A stretch of 64,000 nucleotides of DNA, taken from Deltaproteobacteria bacterium (GTDB lineage Bacteria; Desulfobacterota; Deferrimicrobia; Deferrimicrobiales; Deferrimicrobiaceae). Of the stretch, positions 55,506-64,000 are shown one piece after another. The stretch spans positions 30,175 to 94,174 of the forward strand of contig JBLNEW010000071.1 of NCBI GenBank assembly GCA_050263095.1, read 5' to 3'. Within the stretch, counting starts at the first letter, position 1, and each line of letters opens with the position of its first letter. The position numbers were made by a program, and so were the translations under genes. The notes beneath the pieces were generated by a model. It ran no database searches. It saw only the letters and a program-made list of their open reading frames with translations, and was not told the DNA's origin.

Positions 55506-57509
55506 TCAGTGGATTGATTTGGAGGGCGGCGGAGACAGGACTGAGGAGGAGGAAATGTCCTCGGCGGGCAAATCGATCCCGTGGAACTCGTAATGCGGGG
55601 TATAACCCTTGACCAGCACCTTCAGCTGGCGGACGACGCCCGACCGGTCTCCCTTGATCGCCAACTCGACGAGAAGGTTCAGCTGGCTGATCCATTCCTT
55701 TGAAACCTGTGGATCTCCGATCATCTTCATCACCTTGGGGTGCGAGGTGCGGATGACGTCCTCCCCCTCGACCACCAGCTCTTCATGCAGTTTTTCACCC
55801 GGGCGCAACCCCGTATAGACTATCTCCGCGTCGACGCCCAGTTCCTTTCCCGAAAGACGTATCATGTTCGCGGCGAGGTCCACGATCCGTACAGGCTCTC
55901 CCATGTCAAGGACGAATACTTCTCCCCCCTGTCCCATCGAACCGGCCTGCATGATAAGGCCCGCGGCTTCCGGGATCAGCATGAAATAGCGCGAAGCGGC
56001 GGGGTGCGTGACGGTGAGCTTGCCCGTGGTTTCCAGCTGCCTGCGGAAGATCGGTATGACGCTTCCCACGCTGTCCAGCACGTTCCCGAAGCGCACGGAT
56101 ACGAACGTGGTCTCTTTCCCTCCCCCGTTCATGTTCTGGACTATCAGCTCGGCAACCCGCTTGGTGGCGCCCATGACATTGGTCGGCCTCACGGCCTTGT
56201 CCGTGGACACAAGGACGAACCGTTCCACTCCGCATTCGGCCGCCGCTTCCGCCACGACCCGGGTGCCAAGGACGTTATTTTTCACTGCCTCGACCGGATG
56301 CGCCTCCATGATAGGGACGTGCTTGTAGGCGGCCGCGTGGTAGATGACGGTGGGCAGGTGTTCCGCGAGAATCTCCTGCACGCGTCGCCGGTCGCGAACG
56401 TCTCCGATCACCGGCACGAGAGAAAGATCAGGATATTCCGCCCGCATCTCGTGTTCCAGGTCGAACAGTGCGCTCTCGGCGATCTCGAACATTACGAGCT
56501 TCACGGGGGACAACCTCGCCACCTGCCGGCAAAGCTCCGACCCGATCGACCCCGCGGCGCCGGTCACCATGACCGTGTGCCCCGTGATGTCGCGGCGAAG
56601 CAATCCCGCATCGAGGGCGACCGGCTCGCGCCCCAGAAGGTCCTTAAGGTCCACGTTGCGCAGCGATTTGACGCTCACCTTGCCGTCGATCAGCTCTCCC
56701 ACTCCCGGAAGGATTCGGAACCTGGCGGGAATCGTCCGGCAGTGCTCCACGATGTGGCGCACCACCGACGGGGGCGCCGACGGGATTGCGATTATGATCT
56801 CGTCGACTTCGTACTTGCGACTTATCTCCTCTATCTGCCCATGTCCACCCAGGACGCGAAGCCCATGGATCCGCGTTCCGATCTTGGCCTTGTCGTCGTC
56901 GACGAAGCCCACCTCGATCATTCCGAGAGACGGATTCTCCCGGATCTCCCGCGCGATCATCTGTCCCGCGGCGCCCGCCCCGACGATCAGCACCTGCCTG
57001 TCGGTAACACGGCGCCTGCGCCCGAACGTCTCCCTGCCCACGCGAATCGCGAAGCGGCCGGCAAGCACCAGCATCAGCACGATCCCCCAGTCCAGGAGGT
57101 AAATCGAGCGCGGGATATGGAACGGACCCCAGATGAGATGGACCGCTACCGCGAACAGCGCGGAGCCCAGCGAGCAGCCGGCGGCTATGGGGAGGACGTC
57201 GCGGATCGAAACGTACCGCCACCAGCCGCTGAACAGGCCGAACACCACGAAACCCAGGGACTTCGAAAGCAGCAGGACGGGAATCGTCTGGACGATCACC
57301 GGCATGTACTGCAGGGGTATGCTGAAATCGAACCGGATGTAGTATGCAAGGATGTTTGCCGATATGAATATCGCCATGTGGATCGTGAACTTGACGATCC
57401 CGCGGAAACGCATCGCCGCGTCCAGGGGTCCCGAGATGAACCTGAAGGCAAAATCCCTAAGACTTGAATAATATTTATTATTCGTTAACGGTTCCATCGG
57501 GGAGCTCAT
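55506..57509 (-). CDS. Membrane-bound NDP-sugar 4,6-dehydratase (CapD/WbpM/PglF family)
   Basis: Four N-terminal TM segments and two Rossmann folds (LIVGAGAAGQ; VMVTGAAGSIGSEL). The YAATKRVAE-type catalytic region is present as MGATKRVAE. Confidence 0.9.
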   Translation of the reverse strand: MSSPMEPLTNNKYYSSLRDFAFRFISGPLDAAMRFRGIVKFTIHMAIFISANILAYYIRFDFSIPLQYMPVIVQTIPVLLLSKSLGFVVFGLFSGWWRYVSIRDVLPIAAGCSLGSALFAVAVHLIWGPFHIPRSIYLLDWGIVLMLVLAGRFAIRVGRETFGRRRRVTDRQVLIVGAGAAGQMIAREIRENPSLGMIEVGFVDDDKAKIGTRIHGLRVLGGHGQIEEISRKYEVDEIIIAIPSAPPSVVRHIVEHCRTIPARFRILPGVGELIDGKVSVKSLRNVDLKDLLGREPVALDAGLLRRDITGHTVMVTGAAGSIGSELCRQVARLSPVKLVMFEIAESALFDLEHEMRAEYPDLSLVPVIGDVRDRRRVQEILAEHLPTVIYHAAAYKHVPIMEAHPVEAVKNNVLGTRVVAEAAAECGVERFVLVSTDKAVRPTNVMGATKRVAELIVQNMNGGGKETTFVSVRFGNVLDSVGSVIPIFRRQLETTGKLTVTHPAASRYFMLIPEAAGLIMQAGSMGQGGEVFVLDMGEPVRIVDLAANMIRLSGKELGVDAEIVYTGLRPGEKLHEELVVEGEDVIRTSHPKVMKMIGDPQVSKEWISQLNLLVELAIKGDRSGVVRQLKVLVKGYTPHYEFHGIDLPAEDISSSSVLSPPPSKSIH

Positions 57510-57554
57510 TTGGGATTATCGGCCTTTCCTCATGATTTCTTTAGATCTTAATCC

Positions 57555-59081
57555 TCACCGGCCGGAATTGCCCTGCAATGAAAAGGTCGTTGCCTGATAT
57601 GCGATGGCGATCCAGGCCGATAAGTTTTCGTTTTTGGAGCCGGGGATGCCTCTCTCGTCTGCAACGCGGTCAAAGGTCGAGTGAGCTTCCGCTCTCCATG
57701 AGTCGGCAAGCCACCCCGTAAGGCCCGCCGACAAGCGGGTGCGGCGCTCCCCCGGGAAGCCGATCGACGGCCGGATCCCGCTTTCGTGCAGGATCCGCTC
57801 GTAGGAAACCTCCACGAAGGTCGACGGCAGGATGAAGTAACGTGACTGCACGAACCAATCTCGGGAGCCGCCCCCCATTGGATGGCCCATGACGTCGCCC
57901 CTGTACTGATGGGGGTACGCGCCATGGCTGTACCAGTTGGCCGTCCTGGCGTGCCCGCTGTAGTTGTCCGCATACTCGGCGCGCAGGTCGACGCGCGAGC
58001 TCCCCAGGATCCGCGGGAAGTACACTCCAAAGATGTTCCCCCACTGCGAGGGCCATGGAAATCCTGTGGAAAGCAGGCGATTGTCCCCCTCGCCGGCCCT
58101 GTCCCAGTAGACCTGAAATGGCTGGCGGCGGATCGGCAGGGTCAACGTTATGTCGTAACCGGCCAGCGTATTGCTGCGGTCGGAGGGATCGTTGTTCCCA
58201 CCGTAGGTTGTAAAAAATTCCGATATTCCGTTGCTGCGGCCGTCGCCGCCGAAGTGCAGGACCCGGGAGAGACCGAGCTCCAGCCAGGCCTTCGGACGGG
58301 CGGCCAACCGCGTGCCGACCAGCATGGACCGCGAAAATTGCTGTTTCTTCTCCATCCGGGCGGCGAAGACGTCGTACTGCACATTCCCCAGGAAAGAGAA
58401 CCAGCCGGCGAGAGGGATAGGCTCGGGATTGCGGATGCGGACGCCGGGGTAGGGCGCGGCGTTGTTGGTAAGGATCAGCGCGCCGTTCCGGCCGGGGCCG
58501 TACCACGTCGAGATCCTCCCCGCCTGGACGGAGGCGTATTTATATCCCGCCTCGATGTGGGTGTCCAGGAGCCGGTTCCCCTCGTCGTCTCCCTCTCCCC
58601 GGAAGAATGCCGCGCGAAGCTGGGCCGACACGTTGGCCGTCGATTCCTCGCGCGCCGATATCGCCGCAAGCCCCCCCCAACCTTCGGGCGTGGGGATTCC
58701 CTCGTTGTTGGGTGGAAGGAATCGTGAATTGGAGCGTGAAACGGCCGCCGTAAAGCGCCCCATGGACTTCGGGGCGGTGTACGATATCAGCCAGTGCAGG
58801 AATTCCCCGTCGAATCCGCCGGGCGGAGACTGCCGCGATGCGGCCTCCACGGCGGCACGCACCGCCTGGATCGAGTACGGCCGGGTGTTGGCGAGGAACC
58901 CGGGCAGGTATCCCATGGCGTTAAGCTTGTCGATCGCCGCGTAGATCTCGGGCTCGTCATTCAGGAAAAGGTCTGCCCCGCTCGCAGGCACGGCTGTCGC
59001 CAGCGAGATGAGGACGACGATTACCTTGATTCGGGTCGCGTTTTTCAATATTCCCTTTTCGGGCCAGGAGTAAACTTTCAA
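57555..59081 (-). CDS. wzi: Capsule assembly Wzi-family outer-membrane protein
   Basis: Signal peptide and the N-terminal helical bundle motif IYAAIDKLNAMGYLPGFLANTRPYSIQAVRAAV, then a beta-barrel body. This matches my memory of the Caps_assemb_Wzi family. Confidence 0.7.
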   Translation of the reverse strand: MKVYSWPEKGILKNATRIKVIVVLISLATAVPASGADLFLNDEPEIYAAIDKLNAMGYLPGFLANTRPYSIQAVRAAVEAASRQSPPGGFDGEFLHWLISYTAPKSMGRFTAAVSRSNSRFLPPNNEGIPTPEGWGGLAAISAREESTANVSAQLRAAFFRGEGDDEGNRLLDTHIEAGYKYASVQAGRISTWYGPGRNGALILTNNAAPYPGVRIRNPEPIPLAGWFSFLGNVQYDVFAARMEKKQQFSRSMLVGTRLAARPKAWLELGLSRVLHFGGDGRSNGISEFFTTYGGNNDPSDRSNTLAGYDITLTLPIRRQPFQVYWDRAGEGDNRLLSTGFPWPSQWGNIFGVYFPRILGSSRVDLRAEYADNYSGHARTANWYSHGAYPHQYRGDVMGHPMGGGSRDWFVQSRYFILPSTFVEVSYERILHESGIRPSIGFPGERRTRLSAGLTGWLADSWRAEAHSTFDRVADERGIPGSKNENLSAWIAIAYQATTFSLQGNSGR

Positions 59082-59097
59082 CGCCCCCGACGATCGT

Positions 59098-59589
59098 CTA
59101 CCCTTCGAGCGCGTCTTTTTTCAGTATCACGCGGAAGCTCGACACGGCTTCCAGCAGGAGCACCACTCTTTCGCGGTCCGGGAGAGCCTCCAGGAAAATC
59201 GCATCCAGCCCGGCAAACGGGCCCTCCCCGATCTTTATCTTTTCGCCCGATTTCCACTCGACCGCCGGCTTGACCAGCTTGACGATTCCCGATTCGTCCA
59301 TGCGGTTGCGGACCGCTTCGACGATCTCCGTGTCCACCTCCTGCGGGTCGGGGCCGAAGGATACCACGCGCGCCACGCCGCGGGTGTACCGTACGGTGCG
59401 AAGCTTCTCGACGGCGAAACGGACAAAAAGATAGGTGGGAAAAAGCGGCCGTACGTCGAACCTGTTTTTCCCCCTGACCTTCTTCAGTATTTTCGGATAG
59501 ATCGTCTCGAAGCCGGCTTCGGTGAGTCGCGTGTAAATGCGGGATTCGTTTAATGGCTTGGTTTTTACGAGGTACCACTTCGGAACCAT
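59098..59589 (-). CDS. NusG-paralog transcription antiterminator (RfaH/UpxY/LoaP-like)
   Basis: NGN domain (KWYLVKTKPLNESRIYTRL...RPLFPTYLFVRF) plus a KOW-like C-terminus (GEKIKIGEGPFAGLDAIF). Embedded in the glycan operon. Confidence 0.8.
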   Translation of the reverse strand: MVPKWYLVKTKPLNESRIYTRLTEAGFETIYPKILKKVRGKNRFDVRPLFPTYLFVRFAVEKLRTVRYTRGVARVVSFGPDPQEVDTEIVEAVRNRMDESGIVKLVKPAVEWKSGEKIKIGEGPFAGLDAIFLEALPDRERVVLLLEAVSSFRVILKKDALEG

Positions 59590-59783
59590 TCATGGACTCC
59601 CGCATGCACGAGGCCACGACGGCCCATCAGGATCCCCCCGGATTCCCCAGCTCTGATGAGACTCGTGTCTTATCGCAAGTGTATGCCGATTTTATCCTAA
59701 ATGCTTACCGTGCGCAATAAACCTTAATCCCAGTTTAGCGCCTCGAAGGGAGCGCCGCGGGCGATAGCGGCTCATTTGCCTCC

Positions 59784-61706
59784 CTATTTCTGCCCGCGAA
59801 AGTAATCGATGGTGCGGGAAAGGCCGTCCCGGACCGCGACCTTGGGCTCCCATCCGAGCTTTTCCTTGGCCAGCGAGATGTCCGGCCGGCGGCGGACCGG
59901 ATCGTCCTGCGGCAGGGGGCGGTAGACTATCTCGGAGGAGGACCCTGCAAGCTCCCTGATCATTAGCGCAAGCTCGCTGATGGTGTTTTCGGCGGGATTG
60001 CCCAGGTTCACCGGGCCCACCATCTCGTCCTGGTCCATCATCGCGATCATTGCGGTGACCAGATCGTCCACATAGCAGAAGGAGCGCGTCTGCTCGCCCG
60101 TACCGTAAAGCGTTATCGGCTGGTTTTGAAGCGCCTGGAGTATGAAGTTGGAGACGACCCTGCCGTCGTTGGGGTGCATCCTCGGACCGTATGTGTTGAA
60201 TATGCGGATCACTCGGATCTGCAGGTTGTGCTGACGGTAATAGTCGAAAAAGAGCGTCTCGGCGCAACGCTTGCCCTCGTCGTAGCAGTTGCCGCAAAAT
60301 GCGGCCCGCCCGTGGCGGCGCACGCAGATTACGTGATTCTTGACGTCCACGCAGTAGACTTTGCCCGCGTATCGAATCCGTTCCGGCTCCACCAGGTTCG
60401 CCTCGGCCGGCGGCCGGAGGTTGACGCGGTAGAGATCGCGGCCGGGCGTGAGCGATTTCGACGCCGCGTACCCGCACCGCAGCGCCAGCTCCTGCACGTC
60501 ATCGGCGAGACGCTCCGACTTGGTCCAGTAGCACACACTGTCGCCGCGCCGGGATCCGTCGCCGAGGATGAGGGCATCGAGCAGGATCGTCGATTGACGG
60601 CGCGAGAGGCCGAGGAGCTCGCGCGGGATGTACTTGTCGCCCGCCTTGCCGAGCGGCGCAAGTATTTCGGCGAGCTGCTTGCTGCAGATGCGGAGCTGAT
60701 GGTCGTCGGAGGTGAAAAAGTTGAATCCGAGGCGCTTAAGGCAGCCGATCATCCGGTCCCGGCCGTCGCCCTCCGCCTGCGCGATGAGAACGTTGTAGTC
60801 CGCAACATCGTAATCGCGGCCGCTCACTTCGCGCACCCTGCGCCGGACGTGGACACAGCCTTCCGATATGTAATAACCGAGGAATTCCAGCCAGTCGTCC
60901 ATCCGGATGCGCGTCTTTCGGACTTTTGCATCGCGCGGCGGCGCGTCCAGGTCGAACCATTCGACCTCCTCGCCCCCAAAGGCGGCACCGGTCGGGACTC
61001 GCCATCCATTCCAGTAACGCGGCTCGTCCGCGCGCAGGAACCGCATCTTGCCCGTCTTGCCGCGCACGTACATGCGGTGGTCGGGGGTAACCGCGAAATC
61101 GAACTTGGAGTTGGCAAAGCGCAGCAGCTCGCCCACATACGGGTAAGCGATGATTTCATCGGGGATGTGGTACTCGACCTCGCCGTTCCCGGTCAAGGTT
61201 GCGACCGCCGTGCCCGGCTGCAGCGCAGGGAATGCTATCCAGCCCTGTTCGGTGAGGATCTCCGTCTCGGCGTCGTAGCATGCACGCGGGCCGATCGGGT
61301 TGACGTTCCCCCAGTAGCTCTCCTTCTGCGGGTGCTCCGACGGGTCGCCGTAGACTTCCGAGGTCGAGGCCTGCAGGATCTTCACCTTGAGCCGCTTGGC
61401 CAATCCCAGCATGTTGATGGCGCCGTGAACGTTGGTCTTCGTGGTCTGCACGGGGTCGAACTGGTAGTGGACGGGGGAGGCGGGACAGGCGAGGTTGTAG
61501 ATCTCGTCGACCTCCACGTAGAGCGGCCAGGTTATGTCGTGGCGCATGAACTCGAACATGTGGTTGTCCATCAGGTGGAGAATGTTCTGCCTGCGCGAGG
61601 TGAAGAAGTTGTCGACGCACATGACCTCGACACCACGCGCGAGAAGCCGTTCGCAAAGGTGAGTGCCGATGAAGCCCGCCCCGCCTGTAACAAGGATACG
61701 TTTCAT
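59784..61706 (-). CDS. UDP-glucuronate decarboxylase (UDP-xylose synthase) precursor carrying an intein
   Basis: Exteins: [21 protein letters not shown]...STSEVYGDP...NPIGPRA | [20 protein letters not shown]...[10 protein letters not shown]...EPKV. Together they give about 309 aa of typical UXS/SDR sequence, interrupted by a 331-aa insert. Confidence 0.9.
   Translation of the reverse strand: MKRILVTGGAGFIGTHLCERLLARGVEVMCVDNFFTSRRQNILHLMDNHMFEFMRHDITWPLYVEVDEIYNLACPASPVHYQFDPVQTTKTNVHGAINMLGLAKRLKVKILQASTSEVYGDPSEHPQKESYWGNVNPIGPRACYDAETEILTEQGWIAFPALQPGTAVATLTGNGEVEYHIPDEIIAYPYVGELLRFANSKFDFAVTPDHRMYVRGKTGKMRFLRADEPRYWNGWRVPTGAAFGGEEVEWFDLDAPPRDAKVRKTRIRMDDWLEFLGYYISEGCVHVRRRVREVSGRDYDVADYNVLIAQAEGDGRDRMIGCLKRLGFNFFTSDDHQLRICSKQLAEILAPLGKAGDKYIPRELLGLSRRQSTILLDALILGDGSRRGDSVCYWTKSERLADDVQELALRCGYAASKSLTPGRDLYRVNLRPPAEANLVEPERIRYAGKVYCVDVKNHVICVRRHGRAAFCGNCYDEGKRCAETLFFDYYRQHNLQIRVIRIFNTYGPRMHPNDGRVVSNFILQALQNQPITLYGTGEQTRSFCYVDDLVTAMIAMMDQDEMVGPVNLGNPAENTISELALMIRELAGSSSEIVYRPLPQDDPVRRRPDISLAKEKLGWEPKVAVRDGLSRTIDYFRGQK
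60288..61280 (-). mobile_element. Intein with a LAGLIDADG homing-endonuclease domain (331 aa)
   Basis: Cys1 ([10 protein letters not shown]), TxxH block (TPDH), two dodecapeptide motifs ([14 protein letters not shown]; [12 protein letters not shown]) and a block-F-like [14 protein letters not shown]. It ends ...AFCGN followed by a +1 Cys. Boundaries verified at nucleotide level: TGCTAC at 61280 downward; AAC|TGC at 60288-60290 and 60285-60287. Confidence 0.85.
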
Positions 61707-62677
61707 TTGAGGGCGCTCTCCCTTCGCGCATTTTCATACCAATCGATCGTCCTGCGCAGTCCTTCCTCGAAGGAAGTCCGCGCGACGAAACCGAACTCTT
61801 CTTTCGCGCGGGCCGTGTCCAGGAAGCGGCGCGGCTGCCCGTCGGGCCTGGCGAGGTCGCGCACGATCCTGCCCTCGAATCCCGTCAGCCGGCGAATCAG
61901 CTCGATCAGGTCGTTGATTGCGATCTCCCGCCCCGCGCCTATGTTGACCGGCTCGGGCTTGTCGTACCGCTCCGTCGCCAGGACGATACCTTCGGCGGCA
62001 TCGTCCACGTAAAGGAATTCCCTCGAGACCGGAACCCCCTGATGGAAGCCGCTGCCCCAGACCTCGACCTGCGCCGCTCCGGAGTCTCTCGCGTCCACGA
62101 ACTTCCGGATGAGGGCCGGGATTACATGGGATTTCTCCGGCTCGAAGAAATGGTCCCCCGGACCGTACAGGTTGACCGGCAGGAGATGGACCACGCCGAA
62201 GCCGTACTCGTCCCGGTACGCCCGGCCCATCACCAACAGCATCTTCTTGGCGATGCCGTAGGGGGCGTTGGTCGCCTCGGGATACCCTTCCCAGAGATCG
62301 TCTTCCTTGAATGGAATCCGCGGCGGCCGGAAGGGGTAAGCGCACACCGTGCCGATCTGGACGAACTTCCTGACTCCGGCCTTTCGGGCCTCCTCCATGA
62401 GATGGATTCCCATTGTCGCATTGTCGAAGAACAGGGCGCCGGGATGGGCGCGGTTCCAGCCGATCCCGCCCGCATTGGCCGCGAGGTGGATGACGATTTC
62501 ATGCCCCGCAACCGCCCTTGCGCATGCCTCCTGCAGCCGCAGGTCGCATTCGGCCGACCGCGGTATGGAGATGTCCTCCCGCCGGGCACCCCGCTCGACG
62601 AGCCGGCGTACGACCGGATCCCCGAGGAACCCCGACCCGCCGGTGACCAGGATCTTTTTCCCCTCGAAGAAACCCAT
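61703..62677 (-). CDS. fcl: GDP-L-fucose synthase (GDP-4-keto-6-deoxymannose 3,5-epimerase/4-reductase)
   Basis: [12 protein letters not shown], the YGIAKKM catalytic motif and NLYGPGDHF. Directly downstream of gmd, overlapping the UXS start by 4 nt. Confidence 0.9.
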   Translation of the reverse strand: MGFFEGKKILVTGGSGFLGDPVVRRLVERGARREDISIPRSAECDLRLQEACARAVAGHEIVIHLAANAGGIGWNRAHPGALFFDNATMGIHLMEEARKAGVRKFVQIGTVCAYPFRPPRIPFKEDDLWEGYPEATNAPYGIAKKMLLVMGRAYRDEYGFGVVHLLPVNLYGPGDHFFEPEKSHVIPALIRKFVDARDSGAAQVEVWGSGFHQGVPVSREFLYVDDAAEGIVLATERYDKPEPVNIGAGREIAINDLIELIRRLTGFEGRIVRDLARPDGQPRRFLDTARAKEEFGFVARTSFEEGLRRTIDWYENARRESALK

Positions 62678-62680
62678 CGA

Positions 62681-63721
62681 TTACAGCCTGGAGCCGACCG
62701 GGATGCCCTTGGCGGCCAGAGCCTTGCGCCCCTCGCCCGGGGACGTCAGGCCCGCGTCCTCCATGTCGGCGTCGACCATGATGCGCACCAGTTCCCTGAA
62801 TGCGACCTTCGGCTCCCACCCAAGGAGCTTCCGCGCCTTCGAGGCGTCGGCTATCAGGTTCTCGACCTCCGTCGGCCGGAAATATTTCTTGTCGATCCTT
62901 ACGTGCCGCTTCCAGTCCAATCCCGCGTAGGCGAACGCCTCTTCCACGAAATCCCGAACCGAGTTGGACTGCCCCGTGCCGACGACGAAATCGTCTCCGC
63001 CGTCGTGCTGGAGGATGCGCCACATGGCCTCGACGTACTCGAACGCGAAGCCCCAGTCGCGCCTGGCGTCGAGGTTTCCGAGGAAAAGCTCCTCCTGCTT
63101 CCCCGCCTTGATGGCGGCGATGGCCCGGGTGATCTTGCGCGTCACGAAAGTCTCCCCCCGCCGCGGCGACTCGTGGTTGAAGAGTATTCCGTTGCTGGTG
63201 AACATGCCGTACGCTTCGCGATAATTGACCGACATCCAGTAGGAATACACTTTTGCCGCCCCGTAGGGGGAACGCGGGTAGAAGGGGGTCTTCTCGCTCT
63301 GCGGCGGCGGCGAGGCGCCGAACATTTCGCTCGAAGAAGCCTGGTAGTACCTGGCCTTGACTCCGGCCCTTCGCACCGATTCGAGGATCCGGGTCGTTCC
63401 GAGGCCGGTGATGTCGCCGGTATACTCCGGGATATCGAAGGAGACCCGGACGTGGCTTTGCGCCCCCAGGTGGTAGATTTCGTCCGGCTGGACGTTATAG
63501 ATGAGGTTCGTAAGCTGTCCCGAATCGGAGAGGTCTCCGTAGTGCAGGAACATGCGTGCGCCTGGCAAGTGAGGGTCCACGTAAATGTGCCCGAGCCGCC
63601 CGGTGTTGAAGGTGGAGGCCCGGCGTATCAACCCGTGGACCTCGTAGCCCTTAGCCAGCAGCAGCTCGACGAGATACGAGCCGTCCTGGCCGGTGATCCC
63701 GGTGAGAAGCGCCTTCGGCAT
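62681..63721 (-). CDS. gmd: GDP-mannose 4,6-dehydratase
   Basis: [53 protein letters not shown] and [17 protein letters not shown]. Confidence 0.95.
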   Translation of the reverse strand: MPKALLTGITGQDGSYLVELLLAKGYEVHGLIRRASTFNTGRLGHIYVDPHLPGARMFLHYGDLSDSGQLTNLIYNVQPDEIYHLGAQSHVRVSFDIPEYTGDITGLGTTRILESVRRAGVKARYYQASSSEMFGASPPPQSEKTPFYPRSPYGAAKVYSYWMSVNYREAYGMFTSNGILFNHESPRRGETFVTRKITRAIAAIKAGKQEELFLGNLDARRDWGFAFEYVEAMWRILQHDGGDDFVVGTGQSNSVRDFVEEAFAYAGLDWKRHVRIDKKYFRPTEVENLIADASKARKLLGWEPKVAFRELVRIMVDADMEDAGLTSPGEGRKALAAKGIPVGSRL

Positions 63722-63783
63722 GACGGTATCCTCTAAAATACCTTATATTAGGGACGTCAGTGCATTCTAATCGGGTATCGGGT

Positions 63784-63789
63784 GATAAT
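63784..63789 (+). promoter_or_regulatory. Candidate -10 (GATAAT) of a leaderless transcript
   Basis: GATAAT lies 6 nt upstream of the ATG at 63796. No Shine-Dalgarno sequence. Confidence 0.3.
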
Positions 63790-63795
63790 TCAACG

Positions 63796-64000
63796 ATGGA
63801 CCCGGTCGCGCTGCTTCAGGAATATATAAGGATAGACACTTCAAACCCTCCCGGCGATTGCCGGGCCGCGGCAGGCCTGCTGTGCAGGGTCCTCGTCGAA
63901 AACGGCCTGGCGCCCGTCACGTTCGGCGCCCGTCCCGAGAAACCCAACGTCCTGTGCCACGTCGGGGGGACCGGGGAGCCTGCGCTCGTCCTCATACACC
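63796..64000 (+). CDS. M20-family metallopeptidase/deacylase (ArgE/DapE/ACY1-like), N-terminal fragment running off the right edge
   Basis: My translation reads MDPVALLQEYIRIDTSNPPGDCRAAAGLLCRVLVENGLAPVTFGARPEKPNVLCHVGGTGEPALVLIH..., the typical M20 N-terminus. Not in the track because it is open at the window end. Confidence 0.7.
   Translation, partial: MDPVALLQEYIRIDTSNPPGDCRAAAGLLCRVLVENGLAPVTFGARPEKPNVLCHVGGTGEPALVLIH

Noticed and set aside
59740-59775. ops-like element GGCGATAGCGGC near the RfaH-like gene
   Set aside because: It matches 9 of 12 positions of the enterobacterial ops core but lies on the plus strand, the template strand for the minus-strand operon. It cannot act as a non-template-strand ops signal here.

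Overview
High-GC bacterial chromosomal window with about 75 genes. I found no rRNA, tRNA, CRISPR array or transposase. All family calls rest on motifs I recognise by eye; no searches were run. The gene content suggests an anaerobic or microaerotolerant, Desulfuromonadota- or Deltaproteobacteria-like organism; this is inference only.

Left half (1-43 kb), housekeeping and stress genes:
- U32 peptidase, LemA-HtpX, an erythrin-type diiron protein, a FadL-type outer-membrane protein, a GH57 glucan enzyme and methylmalonyl-CoA epimerase.
- Two phosphate systems: PiT+DUF47, and PhoBR-PstSCAB-PhoU with a Pho-box-like repeat.
- An orphan MtrC/OmcA-type decaheme lipoprotein.
- CobO, and an FprA-rubredoxin oxygen-detoxification cluster.
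- A GAF/sigma-54 activator next to a sigma-54-driven OMP-amtB-glnK operon.
- LutABC, two small cytochromes c, and a ThiS-like/TtuA/TrmI tRNA-modification operon.

Right half (43-64 kb), a surface-glycan locus:
- Sugar-nucleotide enzymes: Gmd/Fcl, Ugd/UXS, RfbB plus an RmlC-like cupin, a WbpO/WbpP-like pair and WbpM/CapD.
- Export and control genes: Wzi, a GfcC/YjbH-like module and an RfaH-like antiterminator.
- The locus is interrupted by EtfAB and VanZ.

Items the ORF track does not show:
1. A 331-aa LAGLIDADG intein splitting the catalytic YxxxK motif of UDP-glucuronate decarboxylase.
2. A 71-codon glutaredoxin-like gene with an in-frame UGA at the redox-active position and a SECIS-like hairpin.
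3. Two rubredoxin micro-ORFs of 54 and 36 aa.
4. A collagen-like Gly-X-Y stalk on the decaheme cytochrome.
5. A roughly 170-nt helix-closed element between convergent genes that I could not assign.
6. A recurrent -10 hexamer 6-9 nt upstream of ATG, suggesting leaderless mRNAs.

Many long Arg/Gly/Pro-rich ORFs in the track are off-frame or antisense artefacts of the high GC content.
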